64,000 nucleotides of DNA, from contig OY969800.1 of NCBI GenBank assembly GCA_963703215.1, positions 910,404 through 974,403 of the forward strand, read 5' to 3'. Of this stretch, positions 1 through 9,411 are shown one piece after another. How positions within the stretch are numbered: the first letter of the stretch is position 1; the number at the start of each line of letters is the position of its first letter. The translations under genes and the position numbers were made by a program. The DNA comes from an uncultured Bacteroidota bacterium (GTDB lineage Bacteria; Bacteroidota; Ignavibacteria; Kryptoniales; JAKASW01). The notes beneath the pieces are model-generated. The model was not told the DNA's origin and did not search any database. It was given only the letters and a program-made list of their open reading frames with translations.

Positions 1-246
1 CTCTAAATAGTTCTTAACTGCCTCTGCGGTGATGGTTCCTTTTTGGATACCTTTATAAAAATTTATGATATGCGGATTGGTCTCATTCAAAAACGCCTTC
101 TTATAGCTCGAGTTAAAAGCGACAACTCCAGTCCCAAGAAAAGGTTCAATCCACCTGCCGCTCGTTTTAGGAACAAGCTCCATAATCCAGGGAACCAGTT
201 TTGTCTTGATGCCTTGGCTTTTGATAGGAGGAACTAACACTTTCAT
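1..246 (-). CDS. N6-adenine DNA methyltransferase, M.EcoRV/Dam-like (5' part only; gene runs off the left edge)
   Basis: Minus-strand frame from ATG 246..244 reads [45 protein letters not shown]... This matches the N-terminus and FxGxG AdoMet motif of M.EcoRV-type alpha-class MTases. It is absent from the ORF track because it has no stop inside the window. Confidence 0.8.
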   Translation of the reverse strand, partial: MKVLVPPIKSQGIKTKLVPWIMELVPKTSGRWIEPFLGTGVVAFNSSYKKAFLNETNPHIINFYKGIQKGTITAEAVKNYLE

Positions 247-1169
247 TTGCTATTTTTCTTCTTAGTATTCTTAACAACTATATTTTGTAAAAGGTCCGTC
301 CTTCCCTTAAATTCCAAAAAAGTTTTGAGATTTCTTATTGGAATAGTCTCCCCGTTCCTCACTAAAGTTGCTGAACCATAGTTAATCCAGTATTCGTCAA
401 ACCATTTTTCGCCAAGGTTAGCAAAAATTCCCTTACCGTTTTTCAGATCCTCAATGTTTGTTATCGAACCGATATTTGCAGTGTTCTTCGAGCCCTGACT
501 ATCACTGGCAATCTCCCACTTTTCAGCAACGAAGAAATCGAAATCCTTAATAACGGAAGTGATTGATTTCAGATTCTTTACTGTTGTGACCTGAAGGTGG
601 CGGAATGTTTGACGAGGAGTTTCATAGTCCTCTTTTATTTCCTCAACCTGATGGATCCGAGTTTCTTCAGTTTGGCCAATGTCTGCTCTCGAATAAATAA
701 TCCCCAGACAAAAGTGTCCGAGATATTCTGAATACGGATACTGAATATTCTTCGTGCTTTTCCGATCAATAAAATATTTACCATGGCTCCCAAGCGTGAA
801 CCCGTTAACATGGCCAGGATATGCAAGATCGCGGTACGTAGTTTTTAAGTCAACTGCAAATTTCACTTTCTCATCATCATTCTTAACAAAGCTAAGATCA
901 GGATACCAATTCTGTTCTTCAGCTAGAACTATCTTATATCCGATTTTTTCTGCAAAGAGAAGAATTTGCGGGAATATATGAATTTCGAGTATCTTCGAAA
1001 CAATTTTAGTATCGGATGATACGGTGTATATATTCTTATAAATGTCAATAAATCCTTTCACCGTCCACTCACCCGATTCAGTTGAGACATAATTGGTGAG
1101 AGTCTTTGTGAACTCTTTTAAGTCCGATTTGAATTGCGCTTTGTATGAGACCGCTTCAGTCTTAATCAT
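243..1169 (-). CDS. Type II restriction endonuclease, EcoRV family
   Basis: The 308-aa ORF aligns by eye with R.EcoRV. Matching blocks: [12 protein letters not shown]..., NWYPDLSF (PD), FAVDLKTTY (D-x-K), [10 protein letters not shown]...[32 protein letters not shown]...EYWINY. Confidence 0.85.
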   Translation of the reverse strand: MIKTEAVSYKAQFKSDLKEFTKTLTNYVSTESGEWTVKGFIDIYKNIYTVSSDTKIVSKILEIHIFPQILLFAEKIGYKIVLAEEQNWYPDLSFVKNDDEKVKFAVDLKTTYRDLAYPGHVNGFTLGSHGKYFIDRKSTKNIQYPYSEYLGHFCLGIIYSRADIGQTEETRIHQVEEIKEDYETPRQTFRHLQVTTVKNLKSITSVIKDFDFFVAEKWEIASDSQGSKNTANIGSITNIEDLKNGKGIFANLGEKWFDEYWINYGSATLVRNGETIPIRNLKTFLEFKGRTDLLQNIVVKNTKKKNSK

Positions 1170-1257
1170 GGTTATAATATAACAACCAGACAGTTATTGA
1201 TGCCATTACCTACCCACCAAGAATTCACAAGGAATGATTCTTCCGGCTTTTATCCAT

Positions 1258-1299
1258 TAAAAACACGAGCTGCCTCGCATCTTTCGATGAGAGGCAGCT
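1258..1299 (-). terminator. Rho-independent terminator ending the ftsZ-distal transcript
   Basis: 9-bp stem AGCTGCCTC/GAGGCAGCT (1268-1276 / 1291-1299) with a 14-nt loop, followed on the minus strand by a T5 tract (1258-1263). Two further hairpins lie just upstream: CCCCGCA/TGCGGGG at 1331-1353 and TCTCC/GGAGA at 1360-1373. Confidence 0.55.
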
Positions 1300-1382
1300 A
1301 CGCTTGCAGTTCGGATTTATACCAACAATCCCCCGCATAAAAACACTGCGGGGCAGGCATCTCCCTTGGGAGAGGTCGGGGC

Positions 1383-1568
1383 TTACTTACTCTCCGGCGG
1401 TTTCGGAGTACTACCACTCCCGTTGTTACCTTTTCCCTTATGATGCGCGGCAACGTCCTTAATTATCCGCGCCGCGTCATAAGCATTGCTGAAGTCCGGA
1501 TTCTCTTTCTTGAAATCCGGGATGATCTTTTCGATTTGAATTGCAAGCGTGAAAAGCTGAGATGCCAT
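1383..1568 (-). CDS. hypothetical small protein (61 aa)
   Basis: ORF only: helical-looking N-terminal half and a Gly/Pro/Lys-rich tail. It sits between the sigma-54 regulator and the terminator hairpins. I recognise no family. Confidence 0.35.
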   Translation of the reverse strand: MASQLFTLAIQIEKIIPDFKKENPDFSNAYDAARIIKDVAAHHKGKGNNGSGSTPKPPESK

Positions 1569-1622
1569 GGCCCATGGCCGTTAACCGCTGACAGATAACT
1601 GACAATTGAAAACTCCCTGCTC

Positions 1623-2975
1623 TTACCGCGGCTGCGGAGTATCTATCTCGTAACCTTTGATCTTGAGGTAAAGAGTCTTCAGGCTGATCCCCAAAGCCTT
1701 TGCCGACTTCGTGCGGTTGAAGTCGTTTGCCTTCAGGACGTTTTCGATGTGAATTTTTTCCAGCTCTGCAATTGAAAGCCGGGTCGGAATCCTGCGCAGG
1801 TCGGCAGACTTCGCCTTCGACGTGAGCGCAATGTATTCCGGCGTTATCTCGTCTTTCGGCGCAAGTATCGCCGCCCGTTCAATTACATTCTCCAACTCGC
1901 GTATGTTGCCCGGCCAGTCGTATGCCATCAATAGCTTTAATGCGCCTTCGGAGATTTTTCTTATGCTCCGCGATTTATGTTTCTTCTGGAGAAAATGACT
2001 GACGAGTAAAGGAATATCTTCCCTCCTCTGACTGAGCGGCGGAACTTCGACGTGCACCACGTTCAGCCTGTAGAGCAAATCTTCCCTGAATTTTTCCTCC
2101 TCGACTTGCTGATCGAGGTCTTTGTTGGTAGCGGACACAATCCTCGCATCGACGCTCATCTCGACAGTTCCTCCGACCCGGCGGAATGTTCCGGTCTCGA
2201 TGAACCTTAAGAGTTTCGGCTGCACCAAATAAGTTATGTCGCCGACCTCATCTAAGAATAGTGTACCACCATTCGCAATCTCGGCGAGACCTTGTTTGAG
2301 CGAGTGCGCATCGGTGAATGCCCCCTTTTCGTGTCCGAACAGCTCACTCTCGATCAGAGTATCCGGGATCGAAGCGCAGTTGACGGCGACGAACGGTTTC
2401 TTCGCACGCTCGCTGTTTTGGTGAATGAGATGCGCGATAAGTTCTTTGCCGGATCCGCTCGGGCCGGTAATCAGCACTGAGGCATCGCTCGCGGCAACCT
2501 TCAAAGCCACGTCGATAACTTTCTGCAGCGCCGGGCTTTCGCCGACTATCTCGTATTTGCCTTCGCCAATCTGCATCTTCATTATCTTGTTGTCGACGAT
2601 AAGTCTGTGCATATTGAGCGCGTTCCTTATCGAGACAAGCAGCTCGTCGAAGTTGTACGGCTTTGTGATGAAATCGAATGCACCCATCTTGATCGTATCG
2701 ACGGCGGTTTTTATGTCGCCGTAACCGGTCAGGATCAGGACCTGAGAATCAGGCTGGTTTTCTTTGGCAAACTTTAGGACTTCTAATCCGTCTATCCTCG
2801 GCATCTTCAGGTCGAGAAGAATCACGTCGTACGGTTTGGCCTGAATCTTATTGATTCCGACCGCACCATCGTTCGCCGTATCTACCGTGAAGCCCACATC
2901 GTCAAGCTGGAGCTTCAGGAGATCGGTTACGTTCTTCTCATCGTCGACGATGAGTGCGTGTACGTCGCCTGCCAT
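1623..2975 (-). CDS. sigma-54-dependent response regulator (REC - AAA+ - Fis-type HTH; NtrC family)
   Basis: Receiver domain (DDE...ILLDLKMP), Walker A GPSGSGKE, GAFTDA variant of the GAFTGA sigma-54 contact loop, and a C-terminal HTH (KSAKALGISLKTLYLKIK). Confidence 0.9.
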   Translation of the reverse strand: MAGDVHALIVDDEKNVTDLLKLQLDDVGFTVDTANDGAVGINKIQAKPYDVILLDLKMPRIDGLEVLKFAKENQPDSQVLILTGYGDIKTAVDTIKMGAFDFITKPYNFDELLVSIRNALNMHRLIVDNKIMKMQIGEGKYEIVGESPALQKVIDVALKVAASDASVLITGPSGSGKELIAHLIHQNSERAKKPFVAVNCASIPDTLIESELFGHEKGAFTDAHSLKQGLAEIANGGTLFLDEVGDITYLVQPKLLRFIETGTFRRVGGTVEMSVDARIVSATNKDLDQQVEEEKFREDLLYRLNVVHVEVPPLSQRREDIPLLVSHFLQKKHKSRSIRKISEGALKLLMAYDWPGNIRELENVIERAAILAPKDEITPEYIALTSKAKSADLRRIPTRLSIAELEKIHIENVLKANDFNRTKSAKALGISLKTLYLKIKGYEIDTPQPR

Positions 2976-2979
2976 GCCA

Positions 2980-3714
2980 TCATTCAGATAGGTCTATCAT
3001 TTTTATGTTCCCGATATATGAAGTCACCTTATCGCCTTTCAGGTCGCGGAGTTTAGCCACCACTCCTTCGATGCGCTCCGTGTTCTCCTTCATGATTGAC
3101 AAGTAGCTCAATATATCTGGTGGTACTTCTTTCCTCTGCAATACGTTTATTGCCAATTTCAGCGCCGCGAGCGGATTGTTCAGCTCATGAGAAATCGTAA
3201 CGATCAGACTTTTTATTCCGTCTATTCTCTCGCGCTGTGCCACTTTATTCATTTCGGCTTCGGCAAGTTTCTCTCGAAGCTTTATTCGTTCTACAACATT
3301 CAAAATGAGACTCGGCAGGATGGACGTGATCGCCTCTTCCTTCAGCAAGTAGTCTTCGACGTCCAATTTCATTGCCTCGATTGCAAGCTTGAAGTCTATA
3401 GCGTTAGTAAGAAAAACTATCGGGATACGGATCCCTTTCTCTCTTATCGTGCGTGTAGTTTCAAGCCCGTTCATTCCCGGCAATTGGAAATCGACAAGGA
3501 TAACGTCGAGATTCTGGCTGTCGGCCAGAAACTTGAGTGCGTCTTCTCCCGTCTCGACCCACACAAGGTTAAACTCCGCGTCCTTATACGGTTTCAGGTA
3601 GAGTTTAGCCAGTTTTGGGATGTCGGGATCGTCCTCTATCATCATTATGTTCAGCTCTCGTTTTTCCATAGCAAACAGTTTCCTTATGTCGGTAACGGAG
3701 TTTAATTCTTCCAT
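2980..3714 (-). CDS. receiver-HisKA (DHp) protein without a catalytic ATPase domain
   Basis: REC domain (IEDDPD, ILVDFQLPGMNG, FLT, AMK) followed by a coiled coil and H-box ISHELNNPLAAL. The protein ends ~70 aa after the His with no N/G1/F/G2 boxes. The ATG at 3714 is preferred over the TTG at 3732. Confidence 0.8.
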   Translation of the reverse strand: MEELNSVTDIRKLFAMEKRELNIMMIEDDPDIPKLAKLYLKPYKDAEFNLVWVETGEDALKFLADSQNLDVILVDFQLPGMNGLETTRTIREKGIRIPIVFLTNAIDFKLAIEAMKLDVEDYLLKEEAITSILPSLILNVVERIKLREKLAEAEMNKVAQRERIDGIKSLIVTISHELNNPLAALKLAINVLQRKEVPPDILSYLSIMKENTERIEGVVAKLRDLKGDKVTSYIGNIKMIDLSE

Positions 3715-3739
3715 GAGAAAATTTCCATCCAAAAAAATT

Positions 3740-4978
3740 TTAGTCCATAACTTTTCTTAAGAAAGCAGGTCGCTCACCGGGTTTTGGTACTGCGATTTCG
3801 CTTTTCTCTTCGTCTTCCATCTCGTTCAGGTGTATATTGATGCCGTTTCTCTCGAATGTGGGCTCATCGAAAGAGCGCCAATCTTTAATGCTCCAGGTCT
3901 GATCCTTCACTTTCTCTTTGTCCTTCAGGATCGTTCTTTTCCTCGGATCAGGAGAAGGAGTTGGAAGCGGCTGCACATGATGATTCAGGCCCGCAGCAAT
4001 TACCGTGACGATAACTTCTTTTTCTATTTTTTCATCGATCGAGACGCCCACGATGACTTTGGTTTCATCGTCGCCATTCTTTGCGACGCTGCGAACAGTC
4101 TTTACAATCTCATCGAATTCGTGGAGCGAGAAATTATTGCCCGCAGTAATGCTGACTAATATTCCTTCCACTCGCTCGAGTGAAACTTCCTCGAGAAGCG
4201 GATTTGAAATCGCCGCCGACGCGGCTTCTGCTGCTCGTCTTTCACCAGCGGCGGTGCCCGTTCCAATTATTGCATCACCGCGCGAGGCGAGCACAGTCCT
4301 CACATCGGCAAAGTCAACGTTGACAAAGCCGGGTTTCGTGATAATCTCTGATATTCCACGAATCGCGTCGTATAAAACATCGTAAATCTTCTGCAGAGAA
4401 GCAAGGTAGCCAGCCGACTTGTCGGAGATCGTCAGCAATTTCTCATTTGGAATGACGATGAGAGCGTCGACATACTTTTTCAATTCTTCGATGCCGGCAT
4501 CCGCATTGTGCATTCTCTCTTTTGCCTCGTTCGAAAACGGCTTCGTAACGACCGCGACAATAAGCGGGTTGTTATTATCCTGTCCGTCTTTTTTTACGTC
4601 ATCGCGATCAGCACCCTTGAGAATGCTCGCGACAACAGGGGCTGCACCGGTTCCCGTTCCTCCGCCCATTCCGGCAGTAAGAAAGACCATGTCGCTGTCT
4701 TTCAAGGCTCGATGGATCTCGTCGCGTGCTTCAAGCGCAGCGCGTCTTCCGATATCCGGATTTGATCCGGCTCCGAGCCCTCGAGTAGTTGTCTTGCCAA
4801 TCTGGATCTTGTTCGGCGCAAAGCTCCGCTCAAGGTCCTGCAAGTCGGTATTCATCGAGATTAAATCGACGCCATGGATACCTCGTTTTGCAATGCTGTT
4901 GACGGCGTTTCCACCGCATCCTCCAATTCCCACAACTCTTATTCGTGGGCCTTGCTTATCTGTGTCTAGTTCGAACAC
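3740..4978 (-). CDS. ftsZ: cell division GTPase FtsZ
   Basis: GIGGCGGNAVN, tubulin signature GGGTGTGAAPV, and the C-terminal peptide PAFLRK. Confidence 0.97.
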   Translation of the reverse strand: MFELDTDKQGPRIRVVGIGGCGGNAVNSIAKRGIHGVDLISMNTDLQDLERSFAPNKIQIGKTTTRGLGAGSNPDIGRRAALEARDEIHRALKDSDMVFLTAGMGGGTGTGAAPVVASILKGADRDDVKKDGQDNNNPLIVAVVTKPFSNEAKERMHNADAGIEELKKYVDALIVIPNEKLLTISDKSAGYLASLQKIYDVLYDAIRGISEIITKPGFVNVDFADVRTVLASRGDAIIGTGTAAGERRAAEAASAAISNPLLEEVSLERVEGILVSITAGNNFSLHEFDEIVKTVRSVAKNGDDETKVIVGVSIDEKIEKEVIVTVIAAGLNHHVQPLPTPSPDPRKRTILKDKEKVKDQTWSIKDWRSFDEPTFERNGINIHLNEMEDEEKSEIAVPKPGERPAFLRKVMD

Positions 4979-4992
4979 GTTATGCCTCCTTG

Positions 4993-6282
4993 TTAGACAT
5001 TGTCAATGTTTTTGTTGATGAACTTTTTTAAAAATTGTAATCCTTTTTCTACGAAACCCTTTCCGTTCTTGTTTGGGATATTCTCCTCTATGGCTTCCTT
5101 AACATTCTCAGCAAACTGGATAGTCGATTTTCCGGCTCCGCGCTTCAGGCCATACTGGATCAGACCGACCGCGGTCGCGTAAATCGGATTTTCGACTTCT
5201 CTGACAAAACCGGCGTCGAAACTCTGCGGTATCCCAATCTTCGCCGGCACGCCGAGAACATATTCTACCAATTCCGGCATACCTCTCAACAATGCGCCGC
5301 CGCCTGTCAGGACTATTCCTGCACTTAAATGGCGCGAATAACCGGACCGCTTGATTTCCATCGCCACGATATCCAAGAGTTCTTCGACACGCGGCTGAAT
5401 TATCTGCGCAAGAAGCTTCTTGTTGATCTCGATCGGCTTTCGCCCGCCGATCCCGGGAATTAGTATCGGTTCATCGTCGATGACCTCGGAAACCATGGCA
5501 TAGCCGTGTTTGACTTTCAGCTCTTCTGCCTGCTCCGGCAATATACCGAGTCCTTTGCGGATGTCTGTCGTGATATGATCTCCGGCGATCGGTATAACGG
5601 CAGTGTGCCTTATCGTCCTGTCTTCAAACACCGCGAGGTCGGTGGTTCCGCCGCCGATATCCAGCAGCGCGACTCCGACTTCCTTTTCATCTTCGGTCAG
5701 AACCGAGTAGCTCGAAGCTAACGGCTGCAGAACCAGCTCCTCAACTTTTAGACCGGCTCTCTCGACGCATTTGTAAATATTCTGTGCAGCAGTGATTAAT
5801 CCGGTAACGACATGCATCGAAGCTTCGACGCGAACTCCAGCCATGCCGATCGGATCATGTGTGACCGTTTGACCGTCAATTATGAATTCCTGTGGGATTA
5901 TGTGAATGATTTCCCGGTCGCGCGAAAGATGGACCCGTCTTGAATCTTCGATCAAACGATCGATGTCGCTTTCTGTGATTTCATGGTCAGGGTTACTGAT
6001 CGTAATGATGCTGTTTGTCTTGAAGCTGTCGATGTGTTCGCCTGCGATTCCCACTATCGCGCTCTTTATCTTCATGCCCGGTTTAGATTCCGCGATTTGA
6101 ACTGCTTCTTGAATTGATTTCACCGTCCTATCGATATTCGCGACGACTCCGCGGCTCATGCCGCCGGATTTACTCGTGCCGACTCCGAGGACATTCAACT
6201 TGCCATTCGAGTCGACTTCGACGACCAACGCACATACTTTCGTCGTTCCTATGTCGAGTGCTACAATCATATTATTATTCAT
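4993..6282 (-). CDS. ftsA: cell division protein FtsA
   Basis: Actin-like ATPase motifs (ALDIGTTKV, LDIGGGTTD, VLTGGGA) and a C-terminal amphipathic helix, positioned between ftsQ and ftsZ. Confidence 0.95.
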   Translation of the reverse strand: MNNNMIVALDIGTTKVCALVVEVDSNGKLNVLGVGTSKSGGMSRGVVANIDRTVKSIQEAVQIAESKPGMKIKSAIVGIAGEHIDSFKTNSIITISNPDHEITESDIDRLIEDSRRVHLSRDREIIHIIPQEFIIDGQTVTHDPIGMAGVRVEASMHVVTGLITAAQNIYKCVERAGLKVEELVLQPLASSYSVLTEDEKEVGVALLDIGGGTTDLAVFEDRTIRHTAVIPIAGDHITTDIRKGLGILPEQAEELKVKHGYAMVSEVIDDEPILIPGIGGRKPIEINKKLLAQIIQPRVEELLDIVAMEIKRSGYSRHLSAGIVLTGGGALLRGMPELVEYVLGVPAKIGIPQSFDAGFVREVENPIYATAVGLIQYGLKRGAGKSTIQFAENVKEAIEENIPNKNGKGFVEKGLQFLKKFINKNIDNV

Positions 6283-6291
6283 CTATACACC

Positions 6292-7069
6292 TTAGTTTAC
6301 TTTTCCTTGAGTGTCCGAAGGACTGACCGCACTGGGTGAAACGTTTTCGGTTTGGGTTCCAAGCACGATCTGACCGTCAAATCTGAGATCGATGTAATTG
6401 TAATCAGAACTACCGGCACCGGCGATCTTTGTCAAGAATTCCTGCAAATACAAAAGTTTTTTCTCGAAATCTCCTCTTCCAATTACCACTGGAAGTGAGG
6501 AGGCTGTCGTGAAAGCAACCAAATTGTCGCCTTGTAACTGGACTCCGGCGATACTTGCACTGAGCGCTGGCCCGGCCTTTCTCAGCGTCGGAAAGAAATT
6601 TCACCGCCTGCATCAAACTTCCTTTGACTGTGTCGCCGACGGAAAGTATGCCGCTGATATTCGTGATTATCGGCAGATTATTTTTCCTTTCCAAAGGAAG
6701 AGGAAGGACAATTCCACTTTCGTCGACAGATAACATCGAGGTCGGTGTCGCGAGAAGCGCTAAAGGGGTTCGCTCGTGAACGGTTATCGTTAGATCATAA
6801 GGGAGCGCGCGTACCACGACGGCTTTTTTAACGAACGGATTCTGCTCGACGCGATAAGAAATCTGCGAGAGACTCAATCCGAAAAGCGAGCTTCCAGTGC
6901 GAACGTTAGCAAGCGCCTTGACTTCGTCATCCGTCAATATGCTTGCATCGTAGATTTTCACATCCTGTAAGACAAGCTGATTCTTCCAGTTCTGGGAAAC
7001 CAGATATAGAGCAACGATGGCGCAAACCGCAAGCGTAAAATTCAAATATGGGCGGTTAATCTTCTTCAT
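6292..7069 (-). CDS. ftsQ: cell division protein FtsQ, interrupted by an apparent 1-nt frame change
   Basis: N-terminal TM plus POTRA in frame A (6410..7069). The C-terminal FtsQ domain (...VAFTTASSLPVVIGRGDFEKKLLYLQEF...YIDLRFDGQIVL) lies in the other frame, which is open from 6600 down to 6292. The most plausible junction is near 6571-6582. Confidence 0.8.
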
Positions 7070-8004
7070 CCTTCATTGCCCACAAGTTCTTCGACACGCC
7101 CATCGATCTTCTCGGGAAATCCCAGCAACTTTACCTCAAGCTCCATCGCTACGCCGAATTTCGTTTGCACTTCCTCTTCGACTCGCTGAATAATTCTCAA
7201 AACGTCATCTGAGCTCGCATGACCATGATTTATAACGAAGTTCGGATGCTTCTCGGAAATTTGCGCATCGCCGATCCTTAAACCCTTCAGACCGCAATTT
7301 TCTATCAACCTTGCGGCGGAGTTCATCACAGGATTCTTGAAAATCCAGCCAGCGTTTGAGGATTCATCAGGCTGCGATTCGTTTCGTCGAAGAAGGAGTT
7401 CTCGCCGTACTCTTTTCATCTCCACCTTATCACCAACGAGCAGCTTGAATGCCGCGCTCACCACGATGTCTCCCTGGAGTGAGCTGTAGTGAGACCCAAA
7501 AATAATTCCTTCTTTCGGTAGTTTGATCAATTCGCTTCTTCGAATGATTTCCACTTCGACAAGGTGGTCAGAAATCATTGCGCCAAAGGCACGCTCGTTG
7601 GAGACAATCGCGCCGCCGAGTGTTCCTTGAATTCCCGCAAACATCTCGACTCCGTGCAGACCTTCTTCGATACAAAAGTCGATGAAATGCGACAACTTCG
7701 TTCCGGCTCTGGCTTTTACGAATTCCCCACTTACATCTATCTTCGCGAGACCAGGCTCAAGATTGATCACTGCACCATGATAACCGCGGTCACTTATCAG
7801 GAAATTGCTTCGGTTGCCGATTATGACGAATGGAAATTCGATCTCGTTCAAAAGGTTTACTAGGACCGTCAGGTCGCCGGCATCGGCTGGCTCAAAATAG
7901 AAATCCGCCTGTCCGCCAACTTTGAACCTCGTCAGTCTCGCCAACGATTCGCCAATTCCGATGTAGCCTCTGAAAAATCTTCTTATCTGATCGACTGAAA
8001 TCAT
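7066..8004 (-). CDS. murB: UDP-N-acetylenolpyruvoylglucosamine reductase MurB
   Basis: FAD-binding N-terminus (RFKVGGQADFYFEP) and MurB C-terminal domain (AGWIFKNP...SEKHPNFVINHG), in dcw context. Confidence 0.93.
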   Translation of the reverse strand: MISVDQIRRFFRGYIGIGESLARLTRFKVGGQADFYFEPADAGDLTVLVNLLNEIEFPFVIIGNRSNFLISDRGYHGAVINLEPGLAKIDVSGEFVKARAGTKLSHFIDFCIEEGLHGVEMFAGIQGTLGGAIVSNERAFGAMISDHLVEVEIIRRSELIKLPKEGIIFGSHYSSLQGDIVVSAAFKLLVGDKVEMKRVRRELLLRRNESQPDESSNAGWIFKNPVMNSAARLIENCGLKGLRIGDAQISEKHPNFVINHGHASSDDVLRIIQRVEEEVQTKFGVAMELEVKLLGFPEKIDGRVEELVGNEG

Positions 8005-9411
8005 TTGCTCTTCTTCGCTCTCTGTTTGGCGCTTGACGATTTCAACCTGCCGATAAATTCTTCACCGTATTTTGAAATATCGCCGGCTCCAAGAGTTACG
8101 ACGATGTCGCCTGATTTTCTTATCTTCATCAAGAAATTCCGGGAGCTGCTTCTTGTCTTGGACATAGTAAGCTTCTTTGTGTCCGAAAGATTTGGCGTCA
8201 CTGACAATCAGCTCGCCTGTGATTCCTTGAATTGGCTCTTCACGTGCGGGATAAATTTCAGTCACGACTAAAACATCTGCGTTGAGAAAACTTTTTCCGA
8301 ATTCGTCGTGAAAATCTCTCGTGCGGGAATAGAGATGCGGCTGGAAAACTGCGACGACACGTTTCTGAGGCCAACCGGATTTAAGCGCAGACAAAGTTGC
8401 CTGGACTTCAGTAGGATGATGCGCGTAGTCGTCCACGACCATCACGTCGCTTATTTCCGCTTTCAGCTCAATGCGGCGGTAGACTCCAGTAAATGATTCG
8501 ACGGCTTTCTTGATTTTCGAAAACTCTATTCCCAATTCCAGGCCGATACCGATTGCGGCAATTGAATTCTTGACATTATGCAAGCCGGGAACATTCAATT
8601 TTATTTCGCCGAGATCTTTTCCGAATCTGAGAAGATTGAACCGACTCCTATTCGCATCGAAAGAAATGTTAATCGCTCGAAGGTCGGATTGAGCATTGAT
8701 TCCGTAAGTGACGATTTTCTTCCTGATTAAAGGAAGAATTTCCTGGATCGACGGCTCGTCGAGGCACAGGATCACAAAACCATAGAATGGAACCTTGTTG
8801 GCAAATTCCATGAATGCCCGTTTGATGTCTTCAAGGTCCGTATAAATATCAAGATGCTCCCGCTCAAGAGTGGTGATCGCAGCGATGACCGGTGTAAGTT
8901 GAAGGAACGACCTGTCAAACTCGTCCGCTTCAACGACGATGTAATCACCATGGCCGAGTCGTGCGTTTGTGCCGCCGAAGCTTGAGAGTTTTCCGCCGAC
9001 AATTACGGTCGGATCCAAACTCCCTTCCATCAAAACGAGGCTCGTCATGCTGGTCGTCGTGGTTTTGCCATGCGTGCCGGCAATTGCGATTCCGTACTTC
9101 ATCCGCATGAGTTCAGCGAGCATTTCGGCTCGTCTGATCACCGGGATTTTCTTTTCTGCTGCGGCGACAAGTTCCGGATTATCGGAATGCACTGCGGACG
9201 AATAAACGACGACATCTGCCTCGTCAAGGTTCTTCGCCGCATGACCTTTATGAATCTTCGCGCCCAATTTTGCAAGCCTGTCGGTTATCTCGCTGAGCTG
9301 CCTGTCGGAGCCGCTGACCTCAAAACCCTGGTCCAGGAGTATCTCGGCAATACCGCTCATCCCGATTCCGCCGATCCCGACCATGTGGATTCTTCTTACA
9401 CTCTTAAACAT
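8001..9411 (-). CDS. murC: UDP-N-acetylmuramate--L-alanine ligase MurC, interrupted by an apparent 1-nt frame change near the 3' end
   Basis: HMVGIGGIGMSGIAE and GTHGKTTTTS motifs. The conserved C-terminus ...GDIVVTLGAGDISKYGEEF is in ORF 8001..8207, in the other frame. The junction EFL|MKIRK lies at the AAA run 8134-8136. Confidence 0.9.

Noticed and set aside
1-1380. A mobile genetic island carrying the R-M genes
   Set aside because: Composition looks atypical, but no integrase, transposase, tRNA attachment site or flanking direct repeats are visible in the part of the locus inside the window. I cannot call an element boundary.
1588-1604. Direct repeat CTGACAgataaCTGACA upstream of the 61-aa ORF
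   Set aside because: Two 6-mers spaced one helical turn apart could be a regulator site. However, a single pair of hexamers in a 54-nt gap is within chance expectation, and no promoter could be placed around it.
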